Shown one piece after another: positions 47,849 to 57,930 of a DNA stretch of 64,000 nucleotides. The stretch is taken from the NCBI GenBank assembly GCA_049325335.1, contig JBMOMC010000002.1, positions 192,001 to 256,000 on the forward strand, written 5' to 3'. Position numbers and translations under genes: made by a program. This DNA is from Nitrospirota bacterium. GTDB taxonomy: Bacteria; Nitrospirota; Nitrospiria; 2-01-FULL-66-17. Position 1 is the first letter of the stretch. Every line of letters starts with the position of its first letter. The notes under the pieces were generated by a model. That model saw only the letters and a program-made list of their open reading frames with translations, was not told the origin of the DNA and did no database searches.

Positions 47849-48919
47849 ATGGGTGAGTTGAACCGGTTGTTGATAGTCGACGACGAGCCATTCGTCTTGA
47901 GCTCGCTGACGCGGTTGTTGCGCCGCGACGGGTATGAGGTGATGACGGCGGATGCGCCCAGTCGCGGGCTCGCCATGTTGGAGCAAGGCTCGGTTGGTGT
48001 GATCATCTCGGATTACCGGATGCCTGAAATGGATGGGGTCCAATTGCTGCGGCGAGCCCGTGAAGTGGCGCCTCATGCGATCCGGATTATTCTCAGCGGC
48101 TATGCGGAAACCCATGCGATCCTGTCCGCGGTTAATGACGGCGGGATTCACAAATATTTGACCAAACCTTGGAACGACGAGCAGGTGCGCCTAGAGATCA
48201 AGTCCGGTTTCGAACTCTATCATCTCGCGGCCACCAACCGCGAGTTGCAAGAGAGGCTTAGTCGTCAGAATGAGGAATTGAGGACGCTCGCACAGTCGCT
48301 GGCCGTTGAACAGGCTCGCCAGCGCGAGATCTTTAGCGCGACAATCGAAATGCTCGTGTCGCTTCCCAGGCTCAAGCGCCCCAAGGAGACGCTCAATGGT
48401 GATCGCACGCAGGTGGTCTGCCGGGCGATTGGTGAACGTCTTGGATTGGATGACACTCGGTTGAGCCACCTGGATCTCGCCGCGCGGCTGCACGACGTGG
48501 GGAATCTGGGGGTGGACCCGATGATTCTGCTCAAGAACGGGCCCCTGGATTCCGAAGAGACACATGCGGTTCAGCAGCACGCGGTGGTTCCTGGACAATT
48601 ACTCAGCGGAGTGCCTGGCATGGAGACCGTCGTGCGGGTCCTGCGGTCACACCACGAGAATTTCGACGGGTCCGGGTACCCTGAGGGGTTGTCGGGCGCG
48701 GCGATCCCGGAACTGTCCCGCGTGCTTCGTCTTGGCGATACGTATCAGGCGCTTCGTTCTCGCCGGCCCTATCGGGAGCCGATGACCCCTGTGCAGGCGA
48801 TGATGCACATCGAGCGGGAGGCCGGACGAGCGTTCGATCCCACGCTGATCGAACCGTTGACGCACGCCATTGCGGGCATCGAGGGCGTGCGGTCGAACGA
48901 TGTGAAGATGAGCCGGTAA
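47849..48919 (+). CDS. REC plus HD-GYP c-di-GMP phosphodiesterase-like protein
   Basis: REC; LHDVG; HHENFDGSGYPEG. Confidence 0.9.
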   Translation: MGELNRLLIVDDEPFVLSSLTRLLRRDGYEVMTADAPSRGLAMLEQGSVGVIISDYRMPEMDGVQLLRRAREVAPHAIRIILSGYAETHAILSAVNDGGIHKYLTKPWNDEQVRLEIKSGFELYHLAATNRELQERLSRQNEELRTLAQSLAVEQARQREIFSATIEMLVSLPRLKRPKETLNGDRTQVVCRAIGERLGLDDTRLSHLDLAARLHDVGNLGVDPMILLKNGPLDSEETHAVQQHAVVPGQLLSGVPGMETVVRVLRSHHENFDGSGYPEGLSGAAIPELSRVLRLGDTYQALRSRRPYREPMTPVQAMMHIEREAGRAFDPTLIEPLTHAIAGIEGVRSNDVKMSR

Positions 48920-48955
48920 CGCCGGCGGCGCATTTGGCATCCAAGGAGGGCGATC

Positions 48956-49216
48956 GTGTTGGTGCTGACGAGGCGAGTGGAAGAAGGGATCATGATCGGC
49001 GATCAGGTCCGGGTGCGCGTCCTGGAGATCAAAGGTCACCAGGTCAAACTCGGGATCGAGGCGCCGCGGAGCACCGGCGTGTATCGCGAGGAAATTTATC
49101 AACGCATCCAGGACGAAAACCGGCGCGCCACGCAGGCCCCCCAACACTCCGGCGTGTTGTCGACGTTGTGGCGAGAGTGGCGAACCCGCGGCGGGGATGA
49201 GGAGAAAAAATCGTGA
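48956..49216 (+). CDS. csrA: Carbon storage regulator
   Basis: MLVLTRR...VKLGIEAP...REEIY..IQDEN. Confidence 0.95.
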   Translation: MLVLTRRVEEGIMIGDQVRVRVLEIKGHQVKLGIEAPRSTGVYREEIYQRIQDENRRATQAPQHSGVLSTLWREWRTRGGDEEKKS

Positions 49217-49674
49217 AAATCCAGACGAAACGTTTCGGTCCGATTCGGGTGGATGCGCACGCGGTCATCGAGTTGCCGAATGGGTTGATCGGATGGCCGT
49301 CGCTGACGCGATTTGCGCCGGTTGAGCGCGAGGACATCGGCATGTTCCGCTGGTGGCAGGCGCTCGATGCGCCCGAGGTCGCGGTGGTGGTGGTCGATCC
49401 GTTGCGCGTGGCGCCCGACTATGACCTGGCAAGTCTGGAACTGGACCTGATCGATCCGGCGCTCGGTGATCCCGCGTCGCGATCCGTGGTGGTGCTCGCG
49501 ACCGTCCCGCGGCCCATGCTGGAATCGGTGACCCTCAATCTCGCGGCCCCGATCGTGGTCAACACGGCCACGCGACAGGGGTGGCAACTCGTGCATCCCG
49601 ACGGCCGGTACGCGGTGGATACGCGTCTCGACGAGCTACTCTCCCCCAAACGCGTGTTGGAACTGGCCGCGTGA
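49213..49674 (+). CDS. fliW: Flagellar assembly factor FliW
   Basis: MKIQTKRFG...GLIG...WQ...DP...Y...T.NL.APIVVN. Confidence 0.9.
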   Translation: MKIQTKRFGPIRVDAHAVIELPNGLIGWPSLTRFAPVEREDIGMFRWWQALDAPEVAVVVVDPLRVAPDYDLASLELDLIDPALGDPASRSVVVLATVPRPMLESVTLNLAAPIVVNTATRQGWQLVHPDGRYAVDTRLDELLSPKRVLELAA

Positions 49675-50132
49675 GCGGGCCGTCACACCCGTTCGAGGCC
49701 ACGCTCCCGGCCTGGTGGGAGCCGGCCTGTCCCACCGACGCCGCGGTCGGCGCATCGGACCGGATGGTCCTCGTGCTCTATGCGGAGGCGTTGACCCGGG
49801 TGCGGATGGCGCGGACCGTCCCCCGGCCCGCCTCGCGCGACGTCCAGACCGTGTTGGGGATTCTCGCGGAGCTCTCAAACGCGTTGGCGATCCGGGATGA
49901 TCGCGACGCCGTAGGGGATCTGCTGTCGCTGTATTACTATATGACCCATCGATTAACCACGGCCGGCCACGACACCATTGCGTGCGCCTTGGCCGAGGTG
50001 GAACGGCTGTTCGTCACGCTGCAGGACGGGTGGATTCAGGTGTTGCAGGCGGACTCACTGGGAGGATTTCCCGACGCATGGGAATCCGACGACGCCCGCC
50101 CCGCATCGGCCGCCACCGTGTTGCCCCCGTAA
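49671..50132 (+). CDS. FliS-like flagellin chaperone (divergent)
   Basis: LYAEAL...ILAELSNAL...LLSLYYYM..RL...EV..L...L.DGW. Confidence 0.7.
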   Translation: MSGPSHPFEATLPAWWEPACPTDAAVGASDRMVLVLYAEALTRVRMARTVPRPASRDVQTVLGILAELSNALAIRDDRDAVGDLLSLYYYMTHRLTTAGHDTIACALAEVERLFVTLQDGWIQVLQADSLGGFPDAWESDDARPASAATVLPP

Positions 50133-50270
50133 GGAACGTTCTCCTCCATCGTCGTTACCGCGTCGGCGCCCTGATCGATTCCCGGCGTTGCCGCCCGCGC
50201 ACAGGCCCGGGCGATCTCTGCGGGCTGCGTCCGCGGTGACGACCGCTACCGTTGCAGGCAACGGAATTTA

Positions 50271-50298
50271 TTGACTTTTGATCTTCGATCCCTATACT
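50271..50298 (+). promoter_or_regulatory. sigma70 promoter of the argS operon
   Basis: TTGACT-16-TATACT. Confidence 0.65.
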
Positions 50299-50312
50299 AG
50301 GGGGCTACGTTT

Positions 50313-51992
50313 ATGCCTGCGACAGTGGCCGTTTCCATCAAAAAACGCGTGACGGAGGTCGTGGATCAAGCGCTCCGCCGCGCCCGATCCGCCGGAGATC
50401 TGCGCAGCGATCCGGTTGCGGCGTCGGTGGAGCTGCCCAAACGCGCGGGACGGGGCGACTACGCCACCACGGTGGCGTTGACCCTTGCGCCGAGTGAACG
50501 ACGCCCGCCCCAGCAGATCGCGGAAATCCTCAAAAAGTACATTGATCTCTCCGACCTGATCGCCGCCGTGGAGATCGCGGGACCGGGCTACGTCAATCTG
50601 ACCGTGCGCCACGAGGCGTGGCGGTCGATGATCCCGCAGACGCTCGGCGCCGGCGCGGAGTATGGACGGGGGGAGTCGTCCGGGCGGTCGGTGCAGGTGG
50701 AGTTCGTCAGCGCGAATCCGACGGGACCGCTGCACGTCGGACATGGGCGACTCGCGGCCGTGGGCGTGGCGTTGGCCAACCTGCTGGCGGCGGCCGGGGA
50801 TCGGGTGTCGCGCGAGTACTACATCAACGATGCCGGTCGGCAGATGCGGTTGCTGGGCGAGTCGGTCTGGGCGCGGTATTGCACGCTCGCGGGCCGTCCC
50901 ACGCCGGTTCCGGAGGACGGGTACCAGGGAGCGTACGTCGAGGAGATCGCACGCGCCGTTGTCGCGGATGTCGGTCCGCGGTATCTCGATGTCCCTCGCG
51001 ACGAGGCGCTTGCCGCGTTGACCGCCGCCGCGTATCAGCGGCTGTTGGAGGAAATTCGGGTGGATCTGGACGCGTTCGGCGTGTCGTTCGACGCGTGGAC
51101 CAGCGAACGCGCGTTGTTCGCCTCGGGCGCGGTGGACGCGGTGATCGACCGACTGCGCGCGCTCGGGTACATGTATGAAGCGGACGGCGCGTTGTGGTTT
51201 CAATCGTCGGCGTTGGGCGATGAAAAGGATCGGGTGGTGCGCAAGCAGGACGGCGAGTGGACCTATCTCGCGTCCGATTTGGCGTATCACCTCCAGAAAC
51301 TCGCCGGCGGGTTTCATGTCCTAATCGACCTGTGGGGCGCGGATCATCACGGCTACATTGGGAGGATCCGCGCCTTGTTTCGCGCGCTCGATCAGCCGGA
51401 AGAACGTCTCCGGGTGGAGATCGGCCAACTGGTCACCGTGGTCAGAAAAGGCAAACCCGTCCCGATGTCCAAGCGGGCGGGCACGTTCGTGACTCTTCGC
51501 GACGTGATCGACGAGGTCGGACGCGACGCCGCGTTGTTGACGTTTCAGATGCGCCGGCTCGACAGTCCGATGGAGTTCGACTTGGCGTTGGCCAAAGAGC
51601 AATCGTCGGAAAATCCGGTGTACTACATTCAATACGCCCACGCGCGGGTGGCGAGTATTCTGCGCGCGGCCGCGGAGCAGTCGTTGTTGTGGCAATCGGC
51701 GGGCGAGGCCGAGCTCGCGCGCCTGGAGTTGCCCGAAGAACTGGGGCTGCTCAAAGCGCTGGCCGCGTATCCCGACGTGATCGCGGATGCCGCGGCCGCC
51801 TACGAACCGCATCGCCTCGCGTATTTCCTCCAGGATCTGGCGGGGCAATTCCACGGGTACTACTACAAGCACCGGATCATCGGCGACGATCGGACCCAGT
51901 CGCTCGCGCGGGTGGCGTTGGCGGCGGCGGTCGGCGTGGTGATTCGCAACGGCCTGACCATCTTCGGCGTCTCCGCTCCGGACCGGATGTGA
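50313..51992 (+). CDS. argS: Arginine--tRNA ligase
   Basis: EFVSANPTGPLHVGH, GADHHGY, MSKRAG, YIQYAHAR. Confidence 0.97.
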   Translation: MPATVAVSIKKRVTEVVDQALRRARSAGDLRSDPVAASVELPKRAGRGDYATTVALTLAPSERRPPQQIAEILKKYIDLSDLIAAVEIAGPGYVNLTVRHEAWRSMIPQTLGAGAEYGRGESSGRSVQVEFVSANPTGPLHVGHGRLAAVGVALANLLAAAGDRVSREYYINDAGRQMRLLGESVWARYCTLAGRPTPVPEDGYQGAYVEEIARAVVADVGPRYLDVPRDEALAALTAAAYQRLLEEIRVDLDAFGVSFDAWTSERALFASGAVDAVIDRLRALGYMYEADGALWFQSSALGDEKDRVVRKQDGEWTYLASDLAYHLQKLAGGFHVLIDLWGADHHGYIGRIRALFRALDQPEERLRVEIGQLVTVVRKGKPVPMSKRAGTFVTLRDVIDEVGRDAALLTFQMRRLDSPMEFDLALAKEQSSENPVYYIQYAHARVASILRAAAEQSLLWQSAGEAELARLELPEELGLLKALAAYPDVIADAAAAYEPHRLAYFLQDLAGQFHGYYYKHRIIGDDRTQSLARVALAAAVGVVIRNGLTIFGVSAPDRM

Positions 51993-53206
51993 TGGCGGCG
52001 CCGAGCCTGCACGCCGTGGCCGAGGTCGCGGGACCCGAAAGCGGACGCGACGCGACGCAGAAGCGCGCCTTCACGGTCCTGGCGGTGGACGCCGGCACGG
52101 GCGCGCGACGCGGTCGCTTGCGAACCGCGCACGGGGTGGTCGAGACGCCGGCGTTCATGCCGGTCGGCACATCGGCCGCGGTCAAAGGTCTGGATCCGGA
52201 CGACTTGGTCGCGGTCGGCGCGCAGATCATCCTCTCGAACACCTATCATTTGTGGCTGCGTCCGGGTCATCAGGTGATCGCCGACTTGGGCGGACTGCAC
52301 GAATTCATGGGCTGGTCCCGCCCGATCTTGACCGACAGCGGGGGCTTTCAGGTCTACAGCTTGGCGGGGTTACGGCGCGTGTCCGACGAGGGCGTCTCGT
52401 TTCGGTCGCACCTGGACGGGTCGCTCCATGAGTTGACGCCGGAGGGCGCGATCGAGATTCAGGACGCGTTGGGAGCGGACATCGTGATGGCCTTCGACGA
52501 ATGCCTCGCCTATCCCGCGAGCGAGGCGGAGGCCGCCGAGGCCTTACGCCGAACCACGGCGTGGGCGCGACGGTGCGCCGAGGTGCGCCGTCGCCGGCCG
52601 TCGCTGTTGTTCGGCATCGTGCAGGGCGGGTTTTCGCTCCGGCTGCGGGAGCGCGCGATCGCGGAGAGCGTGGCGGTCGGGTTCGACGGCTACGCGATCG
52701 GCGGCCTCTCGGTCGGGGAACCCAAGGCCGAGATGCTGCGCGTGATCGACCACGTGGCCCCGCGCCTGCCCGCGGACATGCCGCGGTACTTGATGGGCGT
52801 TGGCACGCCGGGCGATTTGGCGGATGCGGTCGCGCGCGGCCTGGACCTGTTCGACTGCGTGATGCCCACGCGGCACGCCCGCACCGGGTGGCTCTTTACG
52901 AGCGAGGGCCGCGTGTCGATCAAACACGCACGGTACGCGACGGACGACCGTCCGCTCGATCCCGCGTGCGCCTGCTCGACGTGCCGTCGGTTTTCGCGGG
53001 CGTATCTGCGACATCTATTCCAATCGAACGACCCCTTGGCCGTTCGGTTGCACACCATCCACAATCTGTCGTTTTATCTGGGGCTCATGGCCGAGATGCG
53101 ACGGGCGATCGAGGACGGTCGCTTCGGCGCGTGGAAGACGGCGGCCGACGCCGCGGCGTGGCGCCGAACCGACACGGTCGTTCAAGGAGAGGAGACGTCT
53201 GCGTGA
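51992..53206 (+). CDS. tgt: Queuine tRNA-ribosyltransferase
   Basis: TPAFMPVGT, TDSGGFQ, FDCVMPTR, CACSTC. Confidence 0.96.
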   Translation: MAAPSLHAVAEVAGPESGRDATQKRAFTVLAVDAGTGARRGRLRTAHGVVETPAFMPVGTSAAVKGLDPDDLVAVGAQIILSNTYHLWLRPGHQVIADLGGLHEFMGWSRPILTDSGGFQVYSLAGLRRVSDEGVSFRSHLDGSLHELTPEGAIEIQDALGADIVMAFDECLAYPASEAEAAEALRRTTAWARRCAEVRRRRPSLLFGIVQGGFSLRLRERAIAESVAVGFDGYAIGGLSVGEPKAEMLRVIDHVAPRLPADMPRYLMGVGTPGDLADAVARGLDLFDCVMPTRHARTGWLFTSEGRVSIKHARYATDDRPLDPACACSTCRRFSRAYLRHLFQSNDPLAVRLHTIHNLSFYLGLMAEMRRAIEDGRFGAWKTAADAAAWRRTDTVVQGEETSA

Positions 53207-53598
53207 GGCAACGAGGATCATTCGTACGGAACACGGTATTTGGCGGCGCGGGGCTCGTGACGTGGGTTCCCGTTGCGTCGCCGGCCTACGCTCAAGACGC
53301 CTCGGCCCCGGCCGGTCCCCTGGGGCCGCTGTCGGGGTTTATCCCATTTCTCTTGATCATCGTCTTATTCTATTTCTTGCTCATTCTGCCCCAGCAGCGT
53401 CGAACGAAGAAGCTACGGACCATGCTCGAGGCGCTCAAAAAAGACGACAAGATCGTGACCACGGGCGGCATCTACGGAACGGTGAAGAGTTTGACCAAAG
53501 ACGCGGTCACGCTGGAAGTCGCCAAAGGCGTGGCCATGAAAGTGCGGCGTGACGCGGTCGCGGAGTTGCGGACCGGCGATGATGAGGACACGAAATGA
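53203..53598 (+). CDS. yajC: Preprotein translocase subunit YajC
   Basis: FYFLLILPQQRR, VTTGGIYG. Confidence 0.93.
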   Translation: MRQRGSFVRNTVFGGAGLVTWVPVASPAYAQDASAPAGPLGPLSGFIPFLLIIVLFYFLLILPQQRRTKKLRTMLEALKKDDKIVTTGGIYGTVKSLTKDAVTLEVAKGVAMKVRRDAVAELRTGDDEDTK

Positions 53599-55226
53599 AA
53601 CGGGGCGTCAAAGGACGGTTTGTGCTGATTGGGGTGACGGTGGTGGTGTCGACGATGTTTTTCCTCCCCTCGACGCCGTGGTTTCAGTCGTTGCCCGGGT
53701 GGTGGCAACGCATCATGCCGTCCAAGGGGATCACGTTGGGTTTGGATCTCCAGGGCGGGATGCACTTGGTGATGGAGGTCGACGTCGAACGGGCGGTGGA
53801 TAACGGTCTCGACCGGATGGCGCTCGACTTGGGGGATCGGCTCAAGGACCAGCAGGTCACCGCGACCGCGGCGCGCGAGGGGCGGTCGGTCGTGGTGACC
53901 ATGACCGACGCGGCGGACCGCGAAAAAATCTCCAAACTCGTGGATGAGGGATTCGGCGCGCTGACGGTCGGGGACCTCCAGGACCGGAAGCTGACGCTCG
54001 CGTTGCGCAGCGGCGAGGTCGAACGCGTGCAAAAGGCCGCGGTGTCGCAGTCGATCGAGACCATTCGCAACCGCGTGGACCAATTCGGCGTGACCGAACC
54101 GCTGATTCAGCTCCAAGGCGAGCGACAGATCCTGATCCAATTGCCGGGGGAAAAAGATCCGCAGCGCGCGTTGAGCGTGATCGGCAAAACCGCGCTCTTG
54201 GAGTTCAAACTGCTGGATGAGGACAGCCCGGTTGCCCACGAGTTGCCCGAGTCGGTGCCGGCCGAACAGGAGCAGGCGTGGCTGGCCGAGTGGCGCGCCA
54301 AAATTCCTCCGGGCGACGAGATCCTGTTCGAGCGGGTCTCGGAGGAGAAGGGGCCAGTCAGCAAGCGACCCTATCTGGTGAAGCAACGCGCCGCGATGAC
54401 GGGTGAGTCGCTGCGCGATGCGCTGGTGACGATCGGGGAGTTTAACGACGCCCAAGTGTCGGTCACGTTCGACGGCGCGGGGGCCGCGCAGTTTGAGCGC
54501 CTGACCGGGGAGAACGTCAAGAAACGCTTGGCAATCGTGCTGGATAACTCGGTCTATTCGGCTCCGGTAATCCAGGACCGCATTGCGGGCGGTCGCGCCC
54601 AGATTTCCGGGACGTTTACTATGGAGGAGGCGAACGACCTCGCGATCGTGTTGCGCGCCGGGGCCTTGCCCGCGCCCGTGCACGTGATCCAAAACGTCAC
54701 GGTGGGCCCGTCGCTCGGCCAGGACTCGATCGATGCGGGGATCCGCGCCGCCTGGATCGGCACATTGCTCGTGGTCGCGTTTATGGCGATCTATTACCGG
54801 CTGGCCGGCGTCATCGCCGACTTCGCTCTGGCGCTCAACGTGATTCTGCTGGTCGGCGCATTGGCCGCGCTCAATGCCACGCTGACGTTGCCCGGTATCG
54901 CAGGCATCATCCTGACGATCGGCATGGCCGTGGACTCCAACGTGCTGATCTTCGAGCGCATCCGGGAAGAGCTCCGCCAGGGCAAACCCGTACGCTTAGC
55001 CGTGGATGCCGGGTACGAGAAAGCGTTTCTCACCGTGGTGGATTCTCACGTCACCACGTTGATCACGGCCTTGGTGCTGTTTCTCTTCGGCACCGGGCCG
55101 ATCAAGGGGTTTGCGGTCACGTTGAGCCTGGGCGTCACGATCAATCTCTTTACCGCCTTGGTCGGCACCAAAGTCGTGTTCGATTTGATCAACTCCCGGG
55201 CTAAAGCGGCTCGGCTGAGCATCTGA
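53595..55226 (+). CDS. secD: Protein translocase subunit SecD
   Basis: LGLDLQGG, RNRVDQFGVTEP, GMAVDSNVLIFER. Confidence 0.97.
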   Translation: MKRGVKGRFVLIGVTVVVSTMFFLPSTPWFQSLPGWWQRIMPSKGITLGLDLQGGMHLVMEVDVERAVDNGLDRMALDLGDRLKDQQVTATAAREGRSVVVTMTDAADREKISKLVDEGFGALTVGDLQDRKLTLALRSGEVERVQKAAVSQSIETIRNRVDQFGVTEPLIQLQGERQILIQLPGEKDPQRALSVIGKTALLEFKLLDEDSPVAHELPESVPAEQEQAWLAEWRAKIPPGDEILFERVSEEKGPVSKRPYLVKQRAAMTGESLRDALVTIGEFNDAQVSVTFDGAGAAQFERLTGENVKKRLAIVLDNSVYSAPVIQDRIAGGRAQISGTFTMEEANDLAIVLRAGALPAPVHVIQNVTVGPSLGQDSIDAGIRAAWIGTLLVVAFMAIYYRLAGVIADFALALNVILLVGALAALNATLTLPGIAGIILTIGMAVDSNVLIFERIREELRQGKPVRLAVDAGYEKAFLTVVDSHVTTLITALVLFLFGTGPIKGFAVTLSLGVTINLFTALVGTKVVFDLINSRAKAARLSI

Positions 55227-55234
55227 GGAGTCTT

Positions 55235-56155
55235 ATGTTCGAACTACTGGGCAAAACCAACATCGACTTTATCGGCAAACGCACCTATGCGTTCGCGCTG
55301 TCGGGCATTTTCGCGCTGCTCGGGGCGATTACCGTGGGGCAAATCGCGTTGGGCAAGGCAAACACCGGGATCGACTTTGCGGGCGGCACCGCGGTGCAAC
55401 TGCAGTTTGAGCAGCCGGTGCCGTTGGACGACGCGCGCGCATTGCTGGAACGCGAAGGCTTCCATGACGCGGAGCTGCAGCAATTTACGACCGGCAACAA
55501 GCTGCTCATTCGCGTGAAGAAACAGACCACGATTCAGGAAAAAACCGCGGACCGGTTGGTCGCCGTATTCAAGGCGGGGTTTGAATCCAATCCGTTCGTG
55601 GTGGACAGCACGACCGAGATCGGGCCGACGGTCGGCACGAAATTACAGCAGGACGCGGTCAAGGCGATCACTATCGCCATGATCGGAATCGTCATCTACA
55701 TCGCGCTGCGGTTTGAATTTCGCTTCGGCGTGGCGGCCGCGGTGGCCACGTTTCACGACGTGTTGGCGGTGCTGGGGATCATGGGCCTGATGGGGAAAGA
55801 AATCAATCTCTTGATCGTCACCGCGTTACTGACTCTGGCCGGGTACTCGTTGACGGATACCGTGGTGGTGTTCGACCGCATCCGGGAAAACTTGCGCACC
55901 CGGCGGCGGGACCCGCTGGCGCAAGTGATCAACCAGGGGATCAATCAAGTGCTCTCGCGCACGATCGTGGTGTCGTTGACGGTATTTCTGGTGTTGATCG
56001 CCCTGTTCTTTTTCGGGGGTGAAGTGATCCATGATTTTTCGCTCGCCCTGTTGATGGGCGTGGTGGTCGGCACGTATTCGTCGATTTTCGTGGCGAGTCC
56101 GTTGCTCCTGCTGTGGCCCGGCGCGCAAGGAAAGCTGCTGAAACGGACCGCGTAA
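55235..56155 (+). CDS. secF: Protein translocase subunit SecF
   Basis: GIDFAGG, HD, GYSLTDTVVVFDRIREN. Confidence 0.97.
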   Translation: MFELLGKTNIDFIGKRTYAFALSGIFALLGAITVGQIALGKANTGIDFAGGTAVQLQFEQPVPLDDARALLEREGFHDAELQQFTTGNKLLIRVKKQTTIQEKTADRLVAVFKAGFESNPFVVDSTTEIGPTVGTKLQQDAVKAITIAMIGIVIYIALRFEFRFGVAAAVATFHDVLAVLGIMGLMGKEINLLIVTALLTLAGYSLTDTVVVFDRIRENLRTRRRDPLAQVINQGINQVLSRTIVVSLTVFLVLIALFFFGGEVIHDFSLALLMGVVVGTYSSIFVASPLLLLWPGAQGKLLKRTA

Positions 56156-56217
56156 TCTCGATAGGGGCGGCGCGCCGGCGCGCCGACGGTGAGCGCGCGA
56201 GGTCTGGAACGCATGCC

Positions 56218-56844
56218 ATGTCTCCCGTGATCGCCATCATCCGACGCTGCGCCGTGGTGGGGGGCCTCGCCGTCCTCGTGGCCTGCGCGAGCCGTCCCCC
56301 GGTGTTCGATCCAGTGCCGCTGAGCGTCTCGTCCGGCGACCACGACGTGGTGGTACAGATTCAACCAATTGACACACAACTGGGCAGCGAGGACCGGCGG
56401 CGGTACGGCGTGGACTTTGGCGCGTATTTTTCCGCGTTTCGCGTGCGGGTGGAGAATCACACGAGCCATCCCGCAATGGCGGATCTGTCCCTATCCACAT
56501 TGGGTCCGGCGGACGGGCCGGTGACTGGCGTGTTAAGCGACGAAGAGCTGGTACAGGTCTATCGACGCGGCGGCCTGGACGAGGGCGCGGTGGAACTCAT
56601 CGCCAAGGCGCCGACCGTGGTCAAACGGGAACTCGAACAGATTCGCGCCGCGCGGATGCCGGTCGGTCGGGTAGACCCTGGCGGGTCGCTCGAAGGGGTG
56701 TTGTTTTTCCGTCCACCGTCCGGTCCGGAGTGCGCGCCGTCGGTGTTGACGATTCAGGGGATCGAGTTGCTCGACGCCCCCCAACGATTGGAGTTTGCGT
56801 TTCCGCTCGACCCGTGTGGGCGGGCCGAGCGGAACGCGGAGTAA
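56218..56844 (+). CDS. Hypothetical lipoprotein
   Basis: Lipobox LVAC. Confidence 0.65.
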   Translation: MSPVIAIIRRCAVVGGLAVLVACASRPPVFDPVPLSVSSGDHDVVVQIQPIDTQLGSEDRRRYGVDFGAYFSAFRVRVENHTSHPAMADLSLSTLGPADGPVTGVLSDEELVQVYRRGGLDEGAVELIAKAPTVVKRELEQIRAARMPVGRVDPGGSLEGVLFFRPPSGPECAPSVLTIQGIELLDAPQRLEFAFPLDPCGRAERNAE

Positions 56845-56849
56845 TGCGG

Positions 56850-57008
56850 TTATCTCGAGGCGGCGTAGGATGCGTCTTTGTTCTTGTTTTCGAGGATCGT
56901 GTGATCAACGATCGATCCACAATTGACGCATTTCCAGGCGTAAAAGGTCAGGAAGTAGTCGGACAGCCGTTCGCTGTACATCATTCCACTGCACTTTGGA
57001 CAGGTCAT
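56850..57008 (-). CDS. 52-aa Zn-finger microprotein
   Basis: MTCPKCSG...WKCVNCG; GGAGGAG RBS. Confidence 0.8.
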   Translation of the reverse strand: MTCPKCSGMMYSERLSDYFLTFYAWKCVNCGSIVDHTILENKNKDASYAASR

Positions 57009-57075
57009 GAGTCGCTCCTCCGTGAGAGAAAATTCCTTGGGTCCGAGTGGCGCGTGTGCACGGATCGGGTAGAAA

Positions 57076-57092
57076 AGCAAGTGTTATGCCAA
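57076..57092 (-). promoter_or_regulatory. sigma54 promoter of the Zn-finger microprotein
   Basis: TTGGCATAACACTTGCT (GG-N10-GC). Confidence 0.75.
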
Positions 57093-57192
57093 CATCGTCT
57101 CGCGCGGGAATGGCACGAAAGCGTGCTTTTGGGGTATAAGATGCAGTCAATCGTGCCGACTATGTCAGGCGTTTGACGTATGGTGTCAAAAA

Positions 57193-57930
57193 ATGTCCAC
57201 TGAGCCGCAATTCCGCCCAACCCGCAATGTCGCGCCACAGTCGTATCCGATCACGCAATGGCCGAACGACGAGCGCCCTCGGGAGCGATTGTTGGAGCGA
57301 GGAGCCGACGGGCTCAGCGACGCGCAACTGGTGGCGATCGTGCTCCGCACCGGGCGCAAACACCAAAGCGCCGTGGAGTTGGCGTCGCGCATGTTGGCGG
57401 AGTTCGGGGATTTGCACGGGCTGGCGCACGCCAGCGCCACGGAGTTGTGTCGAATCCACGGCGTGGGACCGGCCAAGGCCGCGCAACTCAAGGCCGCCCA
57501 GGAGTTGGGGCGGCGCGTGGCGTCGGTCCCGTGGCGGGCGGGCGCGCCGATCGAGTCCAGCGCCGTGGTGTTCGACCACTTCGGTCCGTTGTTAAAGGGG
57601 TTGAAGCAGGAACGGTTCATCGGCCTCTACTTGGACGGAAAACACCGCATCATCGTGGAACGCACGATTTCCGAGGGCAGTTTAACCGCCAGCCTCGTGC
57701 ATCCGCGTGAAGCGTTTGCGCCGGCCGTGCGCGCGTCCGCGGCCGGCGTGATTTTTCTGCACAACCATCCGAGCGGAGACGAGGCGCCCAGTCGGGAAGA
57801 CCGGGAGCTGACCTCGCGGCTGGCCGCCTGCGGTCGGTTGTTGGGGATCCCGGTGTTGGATCATCTGGTGATCGGGGCGGAGCGGTACTTTAGTTTTGCC
57901 GACCACCGCTTGATGGAGCCCGGCGCGTGA
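57193..57930 (+). CDS. radC: RadC-family JAB domain protein
   Basis: ERPRERL, VHPRE, HNHPSG, VLDHLVIG. Confidence 0.95.
   Translation: MSTEPQFRPTRNVAPQSYPITQWPNDERPRERLLERGADGLSDAQLVAIVLRTGRKHQSAVELASRMLAEFGDLHGLAHASATELCRIHGVGPAKAAQLKAAQELGRRVASVPWRAGAPIESSAVVFDHFGPLLKGLKQERFIGLYLDGKHRIIVERTISEGSLTASLVHPREAFAPAVRASAAGVIFLHNHPSGDEAPSREDRELTSRLAACGRLLGIPVLDHLVIGAERYFSFADHRLMEPGA

Noticed and set aside
57111..57127. Plus-strand sigma54 promoter TGGCACGAAAGCGTGC for radC
   Set aside because: GG-GC spacing is 11 rather than 10; more likely a small palindrome.
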